From the IMG/VR virus record IMGVR_UViG_3300045988_159115: a DNA stretch of 64,000 nucleotides. The stretch is one strand, 5' to 3'. Shown piece by piece: positions 32,413-42,238 of this stretch. Both the position numbers and the translations under genes were made by a program. Position 1 is the first letter of the stretch, and each line of letters begins with the position of its first letter. This DNA comes from a virus. Under the pieces are notes generated by a model. That model did not search any database and had not been told where the DNA came from. It saw only the letters and a program-made list of their open reading frames with translations.

Positions 32413-35157
32413 TTAGCCCTTATTCTCGTCGTTCTTAGGCTCATTATTGGACTCTTCGTTCTTGCCATTTTTGCCATTATCGGCATTCTCTTCTTCTTTA
32501 GGCTTCTTTACGTCAGGAGCAAGCTTCTGGAGCTTATCCATGAAATCATAATACTTTGCCTCAGTGATAGTAAGAGTTGCACGAACGAATTCCTCAACTA
32601 CCTTGGTGATTACCGTAGTAGTGGTCTGCTTTTCAGCATCATTCGTCTGTTGAGCAGTCTGCTGCTCAGGCTTCTGACCAGAATTATTGATCTCTTCCTG
32701 CTTTTTAGCAGCTGCATCATTCAGCTCATCAAGATCTGCCTGAAGATCCTTGGAGAACTGCTCATAGCCTTCGCAATAATTTACCATCTCACGAATCTTA
32801 CGAGAAGCAGCGCCACCAGAATAGGTAGGAAGCTTTACATCCGAAGCATTCGTGTTGTTGTAAATCATCCAATGGCGAACCTTCTCCTGGAAACCACCTT
32901 TTCCAACACCAGTAACATTCGGAATATCTTTGAAGATAAACCGAGCTGTATTACTCTTTGTAGAAGTGAGCTGAGAAGGAAGAGCCTTTGCGTTAATACC
33001 ATTGATGACTGATGCTGCATGACCAATAATCTGAGAAAGATTATTCTGGTTCACGACTGTATACGGAGCCACAGTGATACTAACCTTAGAGCAGTCCATA
33101 TCAATAAGCTTAGGCTTAGCCTCTTCAAGCCATGCCTTATGCTTACCTGTGATACGGCGAGCCTTCTCAAGGAAGCCGTTAATCAGCTTCTTAATCATCT
33201 CAATAAATCTTTGGATGGCACCCTTGATACCATCGTCTTTATTGTCGCCATTCTTATTGGCGTTATTGTCATTGGCAGTCTTTGCGTTGGCACTAACAGA
33301 GACTTCGCCAGTGACACCGCCCTTATTGGCCTTCTCAGCTTCCTTATCCGGAGTATTACCACCATTAGCATCATCTGCCTCAAAGACAACGTTGACGCCA
33401 CGGTACTTCTTCTCCTTAGCAGAAGTATATTCCTTCATCAGACCGGTGAAGATATTCTTTTCTGCTTCCACAAGCTGAGCATACTCGATAATGAATGCGC
33501 CATAATCGTAGTCATACCATGCTTCAGGAATGATACTAGGATGAATATCATTTCCGTCGCCATAACCACGATCAGAGTCACACATAATGTGAGACAGGGA
33601 GTCAAGACGATCCATCAGTACACGAGCAACTGACAGGCAATAATCCTTATAAGCTCCACTGAGATTTTCCATAATCTCAATAGCTTCCTTATAGGTAGGA
33701 TCAGGCATCTTGCCAGAATTAAACTCGTAAGTCTTCTGAAGAGTTTCGATGTACTTCATGCAAGTACGAGCTGCAGTGCAGATCATTGCACAATTGTCTT
33801 CGAAACTGGAGATCTCGGCATAGAGTTCCTTAGTGGCTTCATCCGCCATATGGTTCGTCACAAGAGAATCATATGCGGAGATATCTCTTGCCTTATTGAG
33901 AACCTCAGCATAGCGTGTGACAAAAGATTGGTTAAGGCCAAGCTCATTCATCACATCATCCATGACGATATCACCGCTACGAATCTTCAGCTCAAACTGA
34001 TGAAGCTGATCTGCAATCATCAGAATCGAATTCTTCAGATTGAGATACGGAGACTTATCATAGTTCTGGCTATTGTTATCAATCGGATCAATCGCATTCG
34101 TCTTGATGTTGTAAATCTTTGCAGCAGCATTGGAAAGCTCGATTTTCTTCCAATTGATAATCTCTCGAATCTTAGGAAGAATGATAGAAAGATTATCATT
34201 CAGCATAGAATTCAGGAGATCAGCAGATTCGATGTCGTTGATATTCCCATCCATGACAGACTCATGGAGAACTGCCTGCGGATCCGGGAAGAATTCATTG
34301 ATCGCGTTGTAAAGATTCTGAATGGTACGCATATTATAGCTGTAATAGCCCATCTTACGAATAAGCATTGCAGACAGATATGCGCACAGGCTCATGTAAG
34401 TACGCTGGAAATTGAATGCAAAATACTTCACGGTATTTTCTGTCTTATAGTCAAGACTACCGGAAGAAATGACCTCATTCAGCGCTTCAATGGAAGCCTG
34501 CATATCATTCCTGGTTTGACCGAGTACAGCAATGGTACGAGTTGCAAGTCGATTCAGGAAATCAACATCAGACGGGAAAGACCGAATAAACGGAATTACA
34601 TTATTCATGAGGAATTCCGTATTGACCTTCACCATAGTAGGAGAATCGAGCTTCATCAGATCACGAGTATCATTGATGACAAGCGTGGTCTTAACCAGCT
34701 GCTTCTTTACTTTCTCCTTGTAAACAGAGGAGACAACCTCTTTATCAATGTCAGATTTCTTCTTCTTACCTGCAATAATATCACGACTATATGCATCAAA
34801 GAACTGAGGAACGAGAGCAAGATATTCGGGACGAATCTTCTCGATCTCATTAACATCCTGAAGAGCAATCGTGATATTCTTATCAGCAAGAGACTCTGAA
34901 GCATAGATGGTTGAGAAAAACGTATTAAGATACGAATAATCCATCGCACGCATTGCATTCAGATTTTCCGTACCTTTTGCAATATACTGGGAATAGATGG
35001 AGCCGTCTGCATAAGCAGAAGCTACCTTAAGATCCCACGTAGATCCTTCCGTAAGAACTGAGTTCATATTGGAAACGAAACTGCGTGATTCAAAATCCGT
35101 AAGTGCTTTCTTGTAGTCAAGCACGAACGAATTTAATACACGGAGACCGCTATCCAT
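32413..35157 (-). CDS. large hypothetical (virion?) protein carrying an internal copy of the helical-family motif
   Basis: 914-aa ORF; AAAGGAGGG SD; internal ...GIKGAIQRFIEMIKKLINGFLEKA... and a K/E/N-rich tail. Confidence 0.75.
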   Translation of the reverse strand: MDSGLRVLNSFVLDYKKALTDFESRSFVSNMNSVLTEGSTWDLKVASAYADGSIYSQYIAKGTENLNAMRAMDYSYLNTFFSTIYASESLADKNITIALQDVNEIEKIRPEYLALVPQFFDAYSRDIIAGKKKKSDIDKEVVSSVYKEKVKKQLVKTTLVINDTRDLMKLDSPTMVKVNTEFLMNNVIPFIRSFPSDVDFLNRLATRTIAVLGQTRNDMQASIEALNEVISSGSLDYKTENTVKYFAFNFQRTYMSLCAYLSAMLIRKMGYYSYNMRTIQNLYNAINEFFPDPQAVLHESVMDGNINDIESADLLNSMLNDNLSIILPKIREIINWKKIELSNAAAKIYNIKTNAIDPIDNNSQNYDKSPYLNLKNSILMIADQLHQFELKIRSGDIVMDDVMNELGLNQSFVTRYAEVLNKARDISAYDSLVTNHMADEATKELYAEISSFEDNCAMICTAARTCMKYIETLQKTYEFNSGKMPDPTYKEAIEIMENLSGAYKDYCLSVARVLMDRLDSLSHIMCDSDRGYGDGNDIHPSIIPEAWYDYDYGAFIIEYAQLVEAEKNIFTGLMKEYTSAKEKKYRGVNVVFEADDANGGNTPDKEAEKANKGGVTGEVSVSANAKTANDNNANKNGDNKDDGIKGAIQRFIEMIKKLINGFLEKARRITGKHKAWLEEAKPKLIDMDCSKVSITVAPYTVVNQNNLSQIIGHAASVINGINAKALPSQLTSTKSNTARFIFKDIPNVTGVGKGGFQEKVRHWMIYNNTNASDVKLPTYSGGAASRKIREMVNYCEGYEQFSKDLQADLDELNDAAAKKQEEINNSGQKPEQQTAQQTNDAEKQTTTTVITKVVEEFVRATLTITEAKYYDFMDKLQKLAPDVKKPKEEENADNGKNGKNEESNNEPKNDENKG

Positions 35158-35171
35158 TGGATATCCCTCCT

Positions 35172-36380
35172 TTACGATCTTTTAATCTCAACAAATGCAG
35201 ACGGGGTTTTCACCTTGATAACTGTAGCAAGACGAAGGGCCGCTCTCTGATATGCAGGATCACTGTCAAGGCCGTCTTTACTTGTATGAAAATCGTCACA
35301 CTGACTCAGGAAATTTGAATAGTTTGCCTTCATGTCATCAAGACCATCTACGTAACTATAGAGATTATCCGAGATCGTTCGATATTTTGTAATATAATCC
35401 GCTCTAGCAGCGCTGTACTCTTTATCATCAGCATGCTTAATTGCGGCGTCAAGTAATGCAGATGCAGCACTATTATACGCTTTAACTGCATCAGCAGCAT
35501 CCTGCCTTGCCTTAGTATCAGCTTCAGAATTGACTTCATTCACAGCCGCATCTGTCTTCTTAGCTTGCTTCTTCAACTCAGCAGCTTTATTTTTCAACTC
35601 ATCTGCGGCTGCATCTTGCTCCTGATCAATACCTACGATAACTTTGAGAGCGTTCGTGAGAATTTTCACTTGCGTACTGATACTCTTTGGGTTTTTGCCG
35701 GCTTTGGTAGTAGCGTCCTTGATCTCTTCCGCGCTTTTACGAAGATCATCTGCCAGTTTTTTATTTTCGGTTCGAAAATTATTGATATTACTAGCAAGCT
35801 TCATAGCACCGCTAATGGTAAGTGATGCAATAGCAGCATTTTTAGCGCCGTTAACAAATTTCTTTGTTGCGTCGTTAAACTTTTCTATTGCACTTTCATT
35901 ATCAATCTTGCCCTGATCGAGCATATTGATCAGACCAACGATGTCGTTCTTATAAGCAGCAACGTCGTGCTTTGTGAACCATTCCTTCTTAATACCCTTC
36001 ACGATGGTATTCTTCAGTTCAGGATTCTCTGCAATGATCTTATTGACAGCCTTTGTATCGGCGTCAATATCTCGCTGCTTACCAGTAATGGCTGCACCGA
36101 TATCCTTAATGAAATCAGTGATCTTCTTGATAAGATCAGAGATTGCCTTACCGATCTTTGCAAAGAAATTATCTTCTGCAGTATCAGCTTTCTTCACAAT
36201 AGGATCCTTCTTCTTACCAAAAAGACTTGCTTCGAAGAAAGAATTAAGGTATGCATCCCGCTGACTCTTTCGGAGAAGGTAATCAGCTTCAATGCAAGCA
36301 CGTTCACATTCGTCGCATGCTTCGAAAACCAGGTCATACGTCAGATACTGATTAATGTACGACTGATCAGTTTTCACCAT
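35172..36380 (-). CDS. alpha-helical paralogue family member 1
   Basis: Preferred start is the ATG at 36380; Ala/Lys-rich helical protein with motif AKIGKAISDLIKKITDFIKDIGAAITG. Confidence 0.7.
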   Translation of the reverse strand: MVKTDQSYINQYLTYDLVFEACDECERACIEADYLLRKSQRDAYLNSFFEASLFGKKKDPIVKKADTAEDNFFAKIGKAISDLIKKITDFIKDIGAAITGKQRDIDADTKAVNKIIAENPELKNTIVKGIKKEWFTKHDVAAYKNDIVGLINMLDQGKIDNESAIEKFNDATKKFVNGAKNAAIASLTISGAMKLASNINNFRTENKKLADDLRKSAEEIKDATTKAGKNPKSISTQVKILTNALKVIVGIDQEQDAAADELKNKAAELKKQAKKTDAAVNEVNSEADTKARQDAADAVKAYNSAASALLDAAIKHADDKEYSAARADYITKYRTISDNLYSYVDGLDDMKANYSNFLSQCDDFHTSKDGLDSDPAYQRAALRLATVIKVKTPSAFVEIKRS

Positions 36381-36425
36381 ATTAAACACCTTCCTTTGTA
36401 TTAGATTTTGTTAGGAGTATTAAAG

Positions 36426-36440
36426 ATGTGTTTTCACGCC
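36426..36440 (-). promoter_or_regulatory. class I promoter-like motif GGCGTGAAAACACAT
   Basis: 45 nt upstream of the ATG at 36380; preceded by ATATGG, as at sites 11881 and 61671. Confidence 0.45.
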
Positions 36441-36445
36441 ATATC

Positions 36446-36628
36446 TTACGAGGCAATATCATTCCAAATAATCATCAGAGATATTCCTCGTTCTGAGTCA
36501 CTTACTTCTTCTTCACTGATATATGAGCATTTCATGCATCCATACCAGATGTCTATATATCCAGTTTTATTATTCAACTTACTACATTTATAAACTCTAT
36601 TGGATTTACACATGGGGCACTCTCTCAT
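36446..36628 (-). CDS. small zinc-ribbon protein
   Basis: 60 aa with CPMC...GCMKC; AAGGAG SD. Confidence 0.6.
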   Translation of the reverse strand: MRECPMCKSNRVYKCSKLNNKTGYIDIWYGCMKCSYISEEEVSDSERGISLMIIWNDIAS

Positions 36629-36661
36629 AACACAGCCACTCCTTATTTTTTCGATGTGTGT

Positions 36662-36712
36662 ATTGATACATGAAGCACAAACGGCTTATACGAATGTGCT
36701 TCATGTATCAAT
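36662..36712 (-). terminator. 17-bp perfect hairpin (no U-tract)
   Basis: ATTGATACATGAAGCAC / GTGCTTCATGTATCAAT. Confidence 0.45.
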
Positions 36713-36788
36713 GTAAGATTAGAATAGATTCTTAGCGTCTTTAGCAAAATCGTTTGCTTTACGCGCAGTATTTGCTCCTTGAATAGCT

Positions 36789-37694
36789 CTATGCATAAAA
36801 TCTGTCACTGACGATTTTTTTACCATCAGGATTTGCGCCATTCATAGCAGCATTGATCACGCCAGCATTCTTATAGACACCTTTCATAAAACTACCTTTT
36901 GTCACAGAAACATTACCAGCAGCATCTACTTTGAAGAACGAAGTGATATTATTGATAAGCCCCTGCCCAACAGCAACCAAATCTTTCTGCTTTCTGCAAA
37001 GAAGATTTACTTTCATTCGATGGAAGACGCCATCACGAGCGTAACTGTCGACCTTCTTCTTAAACTTTGCAGCTTCCTTATCACCAACAGAATCTGCAAT
37101 CGACTGAAGTAAGCCATTTTCAGATTCCAGAGCTTTCTGAATGGCTTTTGCTGCAACCATATTACGATCAGCAAGTTCAAGAGCAGCTTGAAGCGTCATC
37201 GTAGTAACTCCAGCAGATGCTCCACCCTTTGCCGCTTTCTTCAGATTTCGGAGGGTGCCATTCAATTCAGCCATTACAGCTTCTGCTTCATCAGCACTAC
37301 CACCGCTACGATAGATCTTATCAATGCGAGAGATAGCATTGTCGTACTGCTTTTCGTATTCCCTAAAGTCGGAAACACGAATCTTTTTTCCAGCATATCT
37401 CTTATCTTTTGCTGCCTTCTGCTTAAAAGCATTGAACTTGGCACGCTGATCTCTTGACATAAATGCTTCTTGAATGAAGTTCACTACAGCACCAATTGAA
37501 TTCTTTACCAGATTGATAAGAGACTGGATAGCGTTCTTAATCGCATTTAAAGCGCCACCACCAGCTTTTTCATTATTGGCATTTGCTTCTTTGGCTTTAT
37601 CCGTAGCTTCCATGATAGCATCGAGATCAGAGATTTCTACGTATTGATCAAGATAATCATATGCTTCTGCTAAGAAGAATAAAGATTCATCCAT
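36789..37694 (-). CDS. alpha-helical paralogue family member 2 (C-terminus possibly extended by a frame change at an A7 run)
   Basis: 301-aa ORF with motif NAIKNAIQSLINLVKNSIGAVVNFIQEAF; the +1 frame after the A7 run (36815-36821) stays open to 36719. Confidence 0.7.
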   Translation of the reverse strand: MDESLFFLAEAYDYLDQYVEISDLDAIMEATDKAKEANANNEKAGGGALNAIKNAIQSLINLVKNSIGAVVNFIQEAFMSRDQRAKFNAFKQKAAKDKRYAGKKIRVSDFREYEKQYDNAISRIDKIYRSGGSADEAEAVMAELNGTLRNLKKAAKGGASAGVTTMTLQAALELADRNMVAAKAIQKALESENGLLQSIADSVGDKEAAKFKKKVDSYARDGVFHRMKVNLLCRKQKDLVAVGQGLINNITSFFKVDAAGNVSVTKGSFMKGVYKNAGVINAAMNGANPDGKKIVSDRFYA

Positions 37695-37713
37695 TTCAGA
37701 TGCCTTCCTTTCT

Positions 37714-37766
37714 TATAAAATAAACGTGAGTGAGTGACTAGAATATTTCTTTCACTCACTCACGTT
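37714..37766 (-). terminator. rho-independent terminator after 37776..38936
   Basis: 15-bp stem AACGTGAGTGAGTGA / TCACTCACTCACGTT followed on the - strand by TATTTTAT. Confidence 0.75.
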
Positions 37767-37775
37767 ATGAGAGTT

Positions 37776-38936
37776 TTACAGAGTACGAATCTTGGACATC
37801 AGGCGATTCACTACAACATTATCGCTGTAGTCGTTGGTGGACTCGAAAGTCTCCACACCGGCCAGTGCAGCCAGATAATGATCAGACTCACACTGACTAC
37901 CACACTCCTCAGCGTCGCCGCCGAAATTTGTGTCGTCCAGAGTAGAATCATCGTCAGCATCCAGATCATCGTCATCATAGCCCAGACCAGAGGTCAGAGC
38001 ATCGTTACCGACAATACTGAATGCATCGTCAATATCAACATCCTCATTGGAAGAATCGTCAGAATCAAAGTTCTGCTTCTGCTTCATCAGCTCTTCCATC
38101 TTCTTATCGGACTCATCGGTTGACTCCTTGGTAACCTTATCAGGATTTTCCTTCTTAAAGCCACCAATAGCAGCAGAGATGCTGGTGATCATACCAGCAA
38201 CGCAGCGATGATAGTCGTTCTGTGCAGTCTTGCAGAAATGAACGATGGCGTTTGCAATCTGGTTTGCAACATTGGCGTTACCCTTAGTTGCATCCTTCTT
38301 AGCATCATCACATGCGGTAAGAGCAGTCTTCTCGTGATCCTTCAGAGTAGAATTGGCAACGCTGAGCAGCTTCTTTGCCTGAGAGATTGCGTCAGAGACA
38401 GTCATCTTGATCGCATTGGACGCACCGATGGTGTCCTCATGCTTATCATCATACTTCTTCACGACAGCTGCAACGTCATCCGCAGTAACTTCCTGATTAC
38501 CACGGAACTTTGCCAGAAGCTTATTGATAGACTTCATGGCATCGTCATACAGCTCGGTCTCGCTCTTATAGTTCTCGACCATGATCTTCTTATGAGAAAC
38601 CAGAGGCATCAGCTTAACCTTCTTCTCAAGAGCGTCAAGCTTACCATCCTGATTCACACGGTTCAGAAGATCCATCAGGCGATCACGGCAGTCGGAATAA
38701 AACTTCACGACAGCCTCACGGAGCTTATCCAGAGCCTTCTGAATATTCTCAACGAAATCACTCTCAGCTGCTTCGTACAGCATGGAGAGCTCATCATCAG
38801 TACCATGTTCCTTCATAACCTTCAGCTCAGCTTCACGAAGGTTAATGTTGTACTGACGATTGGCCGCTTCGGTAATAGCGTTCAGCTTCATCGAAGCGAT
38901 ATCAAAAGCACTATTGGCTTCAGTTAAGATACCCAT
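37776..38936 (-). CDS. alpha-helical paralogue family member 3 (acidic C-terminal region)
   Basis: 386 aa with motif ENIQKALDKLREAVVKFYSDCRDRL; D-rich segment DDDDLDADDDSTLDD. Confidence 0.7.
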   Translation of the reverse strand: MGILTEANSAFDIASMKLNAITEAANRQYNINLREAELKVMKEHGTDDELSMLYEAAESDFVENIQKALDKLREAVVKFYSDCRDRLMDLLNRVNQDGKLDALEKKVKLMPLVSHKKIMVENYKSETELYDDAMKSINKLLAKFRGNQEVTADDVAAVVKKYDDKHEDTIGASNAIKMTVSDAISQAKKLLSVANSTLKDHEKTALTACDDAKKDATKGNANVANQIANAIVHFCKTAQNDYHRCVAGMITSISAAIGGFKKENPDKVTKESTDESDKKMEELMKQKQNFDSDDSSNEDVDIDDAFSIVGNDALTSGLGYDDDDLDADDDSTLDDTNFGGDAEECGSQCESDHYLAALAGVETFESTNDYSDNVVVNRLMSKIRTL

Positions 38937-38982
38937 AGTATTACAACTCCTTTATCTTAGATTTAGTAGCTAAAACTTAGCT

Positions 38983-38997
38983 AATTGTTTTTTGGCG
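38983..38997 (-). promoter_or_regulatory. class I-like motif CGCCAAAAAACAATT
   Basis: 46 nt upstream of the ATG at 38936. Confidence 0.4.
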
Positions 38998-39000
38998 GCA

Positions 39001-39975
39001 TTAATATGCGCCGTGATGATCAACGTTATACTTTCCAGCCTTCTGTCCAGAAGTCGCAAGCATTCCTTCGTACTTTTTGATCTGCGCATCAAGCTTAGCA
39101 ATCTTATGCTTAACCTGAGCTCGTCCAGCAGCATTATAAGCTTTAGAATAATTGCTATTATTCCCAAGGTTAGAAACACTGCGAATTGCAGACCTAACAA
39201 CTCCGTTTTGACTACGAAGACTGTTGCGCTGCTGCTTAAGGTTATTAAGTGTCTCAACAATTTGCTCGCGGGTCATACCGCCGACGTCGGCGGCATGCTT
39301 ATCGAGAGCATCCTGGTATTTCGGATCTGTGTTTGTACCAAGGATGCAAGAAACAACAGTACCAAGACGAGACATGATACCACTGTATTCCTTTACATAC
39401 TTCTTGGCGTCATCCATATTCTTACCAGCTTTTTCGCCTTCTTCGATCTGCTCCTTAAAACGGTTCAGATCATCATCGACAGTACCCATGTACTCTCGAA
39501 TAGCACGAATCGTATCACCAGCTGTGGACGCTTTCAGAATGAAATTACCAGCAGCTGTAGCTACGGCTGCACCAGCAGCAACTCCAGCAACAACACCTTT
39601 ATGACCAGTAAGGCACTGAGTAATCTGCTTAGCCAGATCCTTACCACGCTGCATCAAAGCTTTCGGATTGTGCTCAAGCTTGATGTCTTCCTTCGGAGCT
39701 TCTTCCAAAGGCTTACCGGTAATCTTAGAAATAAGATTTCGGACGAACTTCTGAATTGCTTCAATCATTCGAACGAAAATATTCTTCTTCTTACCGGTTG
39801 TCTCTTCTGCTTCAGCAAGATACAGCTCAGTGGCTTCTTCCATGATGGCATTTTCCAAAACCATCTTGTTATGAATTCGACGGAGATTCAGATCATGCTC
39901 AATGCAAGCCTGCTCATAAGCAACATCGAAATGCATCATCCGATTCTCAAATTCCAGAATAGTCATATCCGTCAT
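39001..39975 (-). CDS. alpha-helical paralogue family member 4
   Basis: 324 aa with motif FVRMIEAIQKFVRNLISKITG. Confidence 0.7.
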   Translation of the reverse strand: MTDMTILEFENRMMHFDVAYEQACIEHDLNLRRIHNKMVLENAIMEEATELYLAEAEETTGKKKNIFVRMIEAIQKFVRNLISKITGKPLEEAPKEDIKLEHNPKALMQRGKDLAKQITQCLTGHKGVVAGVAAGAAVATAAGNFILKASTAGDTIRAIREYMGTVDDDLNRFKEQIEEGEKAGKNMDDAKKYVKEYSGIMSRLGTVVSCILGTNTDPKYQDALDKHAADVGGMTREQIVETLNNLKQQRNSLRSQNGVVRSAIRSVSNLGNNSNYSKAYNAAGRAQVKHKIAKLDAQIKKYEGMLATSGQKAGKYNVDHHGAY

Positions 39976-39990
39976 TGGGATTACCTCCTA

Positions 39991-41328
39991 TTACATAGAA
40001 TCAAGAATCTTCAGCATATCGTCGATACGCTCATCGTCCGACTTCAGGAAATAGCTTGTGTCAGACTTCGGCATCATATCGGTGCTCTCAAAGAACTGAG
40101 AGTATACCGTATCGTCATCAAGGTCTGAAGATGCTGACTCGGTCTTATGCCCAACACCAAGTCGATTTGCAACCTGGCTAAAAAGACCTTCTTTTGGAGC
40201 ATGTGAATCGTGAGGGATCTTATTCAGTGCGTCCCTAAGCTTTGCGATAATGGGAGAAGCTTCCTTAGGAGTTGCCTTGGAAATTGCTTCGTCGCAATCG
40301 CTAATAAAGCTTGTGCAATTGAATCCCTCAACATTGACGGTGCTAGAAATATCCTGAAGAGCAGTTTTCGCTGTTTCATACGGAGTTTTGAGACGAGTCT
40401 TAATTGCGTCAGTCTTAGCACCACAAAGCTGAGTGGTCTTACTGAGAAGAGTGTTTGCCTTAGCGTAAACATCGCTTGCAGACGCATTAGCCTTTTTCTC
40501 AGCGTCCTTAGCAGCTTTTGCCTCTTCATGCTTTTTCGCAGCAGCTTCGATATTCTTTCCAATACCAGGAATATGCTTACCAATTGATGTTGCGAAGCCA
40601 CTTACTTTTGTAGTCATAGATTGGAGGGTGCCCAGGATGCCGCCGAGATCGACACCGGTATTCTCAGCAATTGCCTCAGAAAAACGCTGAACGACCTTGG
40701 TAAAGTCGAATGCCTTGCGAATGCCATTTGCCACAGTACCAACAGTCACAACAGTTGCTGTAGGAATTGCAAACACCATCATGAGACTTGTGCACGCATC
40801 CAGAAAGCGATCAATGAGCGGAGTATGGTTCGTGTTATGAACACGCTGCTTGCCATAGTCAACCTTCAGATTAACCTTGATACCTTTCTTAGAAAGATTA
40901 TCAACGTCCTTCATCAGGCGCTTTGCGTAAGCAGGAGTCATAAGATTGGAACACTTATCCATTTCCTTAACTGCTTTATCGACATCAATAGGAGCCTTGA
41001 CACCCTGAGGGTTTGCTTCCTCAGCAGCCTTTACATCAGCTTCCTTCGGCTGAAGATTAAAGATTGCAGAGATGATGCCCTGAAGCCACTTGTAGAACTT
41101 ATCCCAAACCTGCTTGATCTTTGCTGTGAAATCGTTTGCTTCCTCAGTATACATCTGAGTCATAGCATCCATATCATAGTCTTCTGATTCGAACTTGAAA
41201 TCCAGATCAGCCAGATTCAGCTTATGAGTGGCATTTGCACTTTCGATCATGTAGTCGATATCAGCCATGACATTGTCTGCCTTGGCTTCCTCGATCTCCA
41301 TGACACGTGAATACTCACTAAAAGTCAT
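39991..41328 (-). CDS. alpha-helical paralogue family member 5
   Basis: 445 aa with motif TAKIKQVWDKFYKWLQGIISAIF. Confidence 0.7.
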   Translation of the reverse strand: MTFSEYSRVMEIEEAKADNVMADIDYMIESANATHKLNLADLDFKFESEDYDMDAMTQMYTEEANDFTAKIKQVWDKFYKWLQGIISAIFNLQPKEADVKAAEEANPQGVKAPIDVDKAVKEMDKCSNLMTPAYAKRLMKDVDNLSKKGIKVNLKVDYGKQRVHNTNHTPLIDRFLDACTSLMMVFAIPTATVVTVGTVANGIRKAFDFTKVVQRFSEAIAENTGVDLGGILGTLQSMTTKVSGFATSIGKHIPGIGKNIEAAAKKHEEAKAAKDAEKKANASASDVYAKANTLLSKTTQLCGAKTDAIKTRLKTPYETAKTALQDISSTVNVEGFNCTSFISDCDEAISKATPKEASPIIAKLRDALNKIPHDSHAPKEGLFSQVANRLGVGHKTESASSDLDDDTVYSQFFESTDMMPKSDTSYFLKSDDERIDDMLKILDSM

Positions 41329-41427
41329 AGGATTTACCTCCTTAGTTATTTAAATTAGTTTCTTTAGTAATGAAAAGCTTGAGCCTTCATTAGCTAAAGA
41401 ATAACTATCATAGCTCAAACTTTAACT

Positions 41428-41442
41428 CATTGTTTTCAAGGC
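41428..41442 (-). promoter_or_regulatory. class I promoter-like motif GCCTTGAAAACAATG
   Basis: Downstream of terminator 41459-41502 and upstream of gene 41328. Confidence 0.45.
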
Positions 41443-41458
41443 TATCTCTATACTACAA

Positions 41459-41502
41459 AGGAAAAGGCTATACCCATAGGTATAAAATCTATGAGTATAG
41501 CC
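41459..41502 (-). terminator. rho-independent terminator after 41514..42224
   Basis: GGCTATAC / GTATAGCC stem followed on the - strand by TTTTCCTTTG. Confidence 0.55.
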
Positions 41503-41513
41503 CTTTATTTGTA

Positions 41514-42224
41514 TTAGAAGATTTGATATTCCGGAGTTTCTTTCTTCGGAATGAAGTCAGAACCAGTACGATCCTTCATGCTGACAACGATCTGATGATA
41601 GGTATAAACGATCTTCATGATCATATCCATCAGGAAAGATGCAACGGATTGCATGTACATCGAAACACCAGATTCTTTCACATCGTTATACTTTGCAGAG
41701 AAAGAATCAAACGATGCTTTCATAGCGTCGATGTCAGTCTTCAGCTTCTCTTCGAATGCAACGAGATCGGAGATCATCTCCACGTTCTTCATGGCATCGT
41801 TCAGATTCATAGAATCATAAGACTCCATAAAAAAGATAGAATCGACGAACTTCTTGTCTCGCCCAATAACAGTATCCACTGTGGACACTGCGGATTCAAC
41901 GACAATGTCATCACTGTCAGTAAGAGATACAGTAGCCTCGCAAAACTCAAGCATACCAGGATAATAATCCATATACTTGGAATAAGCGATAGGAAGATCA
42001 ATTACTTCCACACGATTGAACGGATACGCATTCTCCTTGATCGCAGTATAGATTCTATGAATCTGATCTGCCTTATCAGAGAAAAATCCATCCAGAATAT
42101 TGATGGACTCCGTAATGAACCGATGCCCTGCATCGAACGAAGAACCATCCTTCTTACCATCCCAAATTTCGCATGACTCATCATACAGTGATTTCAGAGA
42201 GTCTTTCACATCTGTCCATTCCAT
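41514..42224 (-). CDS. hypothetical protein
   Basis: 236-aa ORF; AAAGGTGGGG SD. Confidence 0.7.
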   Translation of the reverse strand: MEWTDVKDSLKSLYDESCEIWDGKKDGSSFDAGHRFITESINILDGFFSDKADQIHRIYTAIKENAYPFNRVEVIDLPIAYSKYMDYYPGMLEFCEATVSLTDSDDIVVESAVSTVDTVIGRDKKFVDSIFFMESYDSMNLNDAMKNVEMISDLVAFEEKLKTDIDAMKASFDSFSAKYNDVKESGVSMYMQSVASFLMDMIMKIVYTYHQIVVSMKDRTGSDFIPKKETPEYQIF

Positions 42225-42238
42225 ACTTCACCCCACCT

